IMG/VR virus record: IMGVR_UViG_3300040801_002731
Span: 6,972 to 70,971 of that record
Strand: one strand, 5' to 3'
DNA: 64,000 nt
Source: a virus
Shown here: positions 63,286 through 64,000 of the stretch, piece after piece
Numbering within the stretch: the first letter of the stretch is position 1
Layout of the letters: each line of letters opens with the position of its first letter
The notes under the pieces: generated by a model
Told to the model about the DNA's origin: nothing
The model's input: the letters and a program-made list of their open reading frames with translations, nothing else
Database searches by the model: none
Position numbers and translations under genes: made by a program

Positions 63286-63674
63286 CAGACCTCCTCGACC
63301 TTCAATGAATCAACGTCCCAGCGTCCACCGTGGCTCCCATCATCCAGAAGCACCGGCCCGATGTATTTGAAGCTCATGTTTGTGTCCTGTGTGAAGCGCA
63401 CAAGCACAACTTCGTCTGTGATCGGCAGCGTGACGTTGAAGCCCAGAGCGCTTCCCTTGACTGTGTTCCAGAAGTCTTCGAGCGTCTGCTTGTCGTCATC
63501 AGAGAGATTGGTAAAGCCAATGCTGAAAACCCGGCGAGGGCGACGATGATAACGCGGACGGGTGACCACATAGCCACCCTCCATTTCGTGAACCATCGCC
63601 GGGTTCTTTTGCGTCTGATCGAACTTCTTGGCGTCGATCCGCGCATTCAGCTCTGCGGGAAATTCCACCGTCAC
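63285..63674 (-). CDS. Distal tail protein (lambda M-like)
   Basis: EMEGGYVVTRPR...F.V.F...L..F...KG...F; lies between tape measure and L. Confidence 0.75.
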   Translation of the reverse strand: MTVEFPAELNARIDAKKFDQTQKNPAMVHEMEGGYVVTRPRYHRRPRRVFSIGFTNLSDDDKQTLEDFWNTVKGSALGFNVTLPITDEVVLVRFTQDTNMSFKYIGPVLLDDGSHGGRWDVDSLKVEEV

Positions 63675-64000
63675 GTCGCAAGGGCTCCCTTCAGACCTTC
63701 ACGAAAACCGCCCGGCGTGCTGGCCGCCTGCAAGACGACATCCAGGATCATGCCGCGCGCGTCGATGCGCTGTTGCGTGCGGGCATCCATCTGCACACCA
63801 GACTGGTTGATGATGTTGACCTCGACCGGGCCGCTCTGCTGCGGGCCACGCGCCATCAGACCAAGGGCACGCATCTGCTCGGGCGTGAAGACGCCTTCGT
63901 CGCGCTTCAGAATGGTCGGCACCTCGTCGGTGCGCAGGCCAGCAATGCCGCCTTCGTGATACCGACGGGCGTTGTCGAACAGGCTCGCGGGCACGGTCAT
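63671..64000 (-). CDS. Tape measure protein C-terminus (partial, runs off right edge)
   Basis: RYHEGG...DEVPTILKRDEGVFTPEQM...VNIIN. Confidence 0.85.
   Translation of the reverse strand: MTVPASLFDNARRYHEGGIAGLRTDEVPTILKRDEGVFTPEQMRALGLMARGPQQSGPVEVNIINQSGVQMDARTQQRIDARGMILDVVLQAASTPGGFREGLKGALAT

Larger units (their letters stand above)
1..64000 (-). mobile_element. Phage-plasmid (temperate tailed phage with plasmid RepA replicon), SSU5/pHCM2-like gene content; extends beyond both window ends
   Basis: Tail, lysis, replication and nucleotide-metabolism genes co-oriented on the minus strand, plus RepA, iterons and DnaA boxes at 34925-36318; no host housekeeping context in the window. Confidence 0.85.

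Noticed and set aside
1-64000. cas genes, tRNAs, rRNAs, IS elements, DGR/reverse transcriptase, introns or inteins
   Set aside because: No supporting motifs or cloverleaf structures were recognised. RNR, RecA, DnaE and helicase show no intein-like insertions.

Overview
The window is a ~64 kb slice of a GC-rich tailed-phage genome that also carries a plasmid replicon, i.e. a phage-plasmid. Gene content and order recall SSU5/pHCM2-type elements (from knowledge of that family, not a search). The host is probably an alphaproteobacterium (inference from promoter style and RepA type). Almost all genes are on the minus strand. Left to right: accessory and nucleotide-metabolism genes (DEDDh exonuclease, DUF4942, HD hydrolase, kinase, dUTPase, ThyX, DNA methyltransferase, class II RNR fused to glutaredoxin); recombination and replication genes (RuvC-like, SbcCD-like, RecA, 5'-3' exonuclease, gp32-like SSB, UvsY-like, DnaE fused to a UDG-like domain, sigma-like factor, CobS/CobT-like AAA-VWA pair, XRE regulator); a RepA-iteron-DnaA-box replicon; then ligase, primase, a DnaB helicase split by one in-frame TAG, an Hfq-like gene, PhoH, a lysis cassette and a long non-contractile tail module. 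Most notable observations: (1) a Cas-less repeat-spacer-repeat mini-CRISPR with type I-G-like repeats and its own terminator at 36758-36872, between the origin and a tyrosine recombinase; (2) 19 copies of an 18-bp palindrome TCA(A/G)TCA-N4-TGA(T/C)TGA, mostly at gene junctions; (3) the amber codon inside the helicase; (4) the Hfq-like gene and a nearby sRNA-like 3'UTR; (5) shared C-terminal WGxF and Ala-Ala tails. Protein family calls come from motifs recognised by eye; no database search was run. Many starts were moved from the ORF track to the RBS-supported codon.
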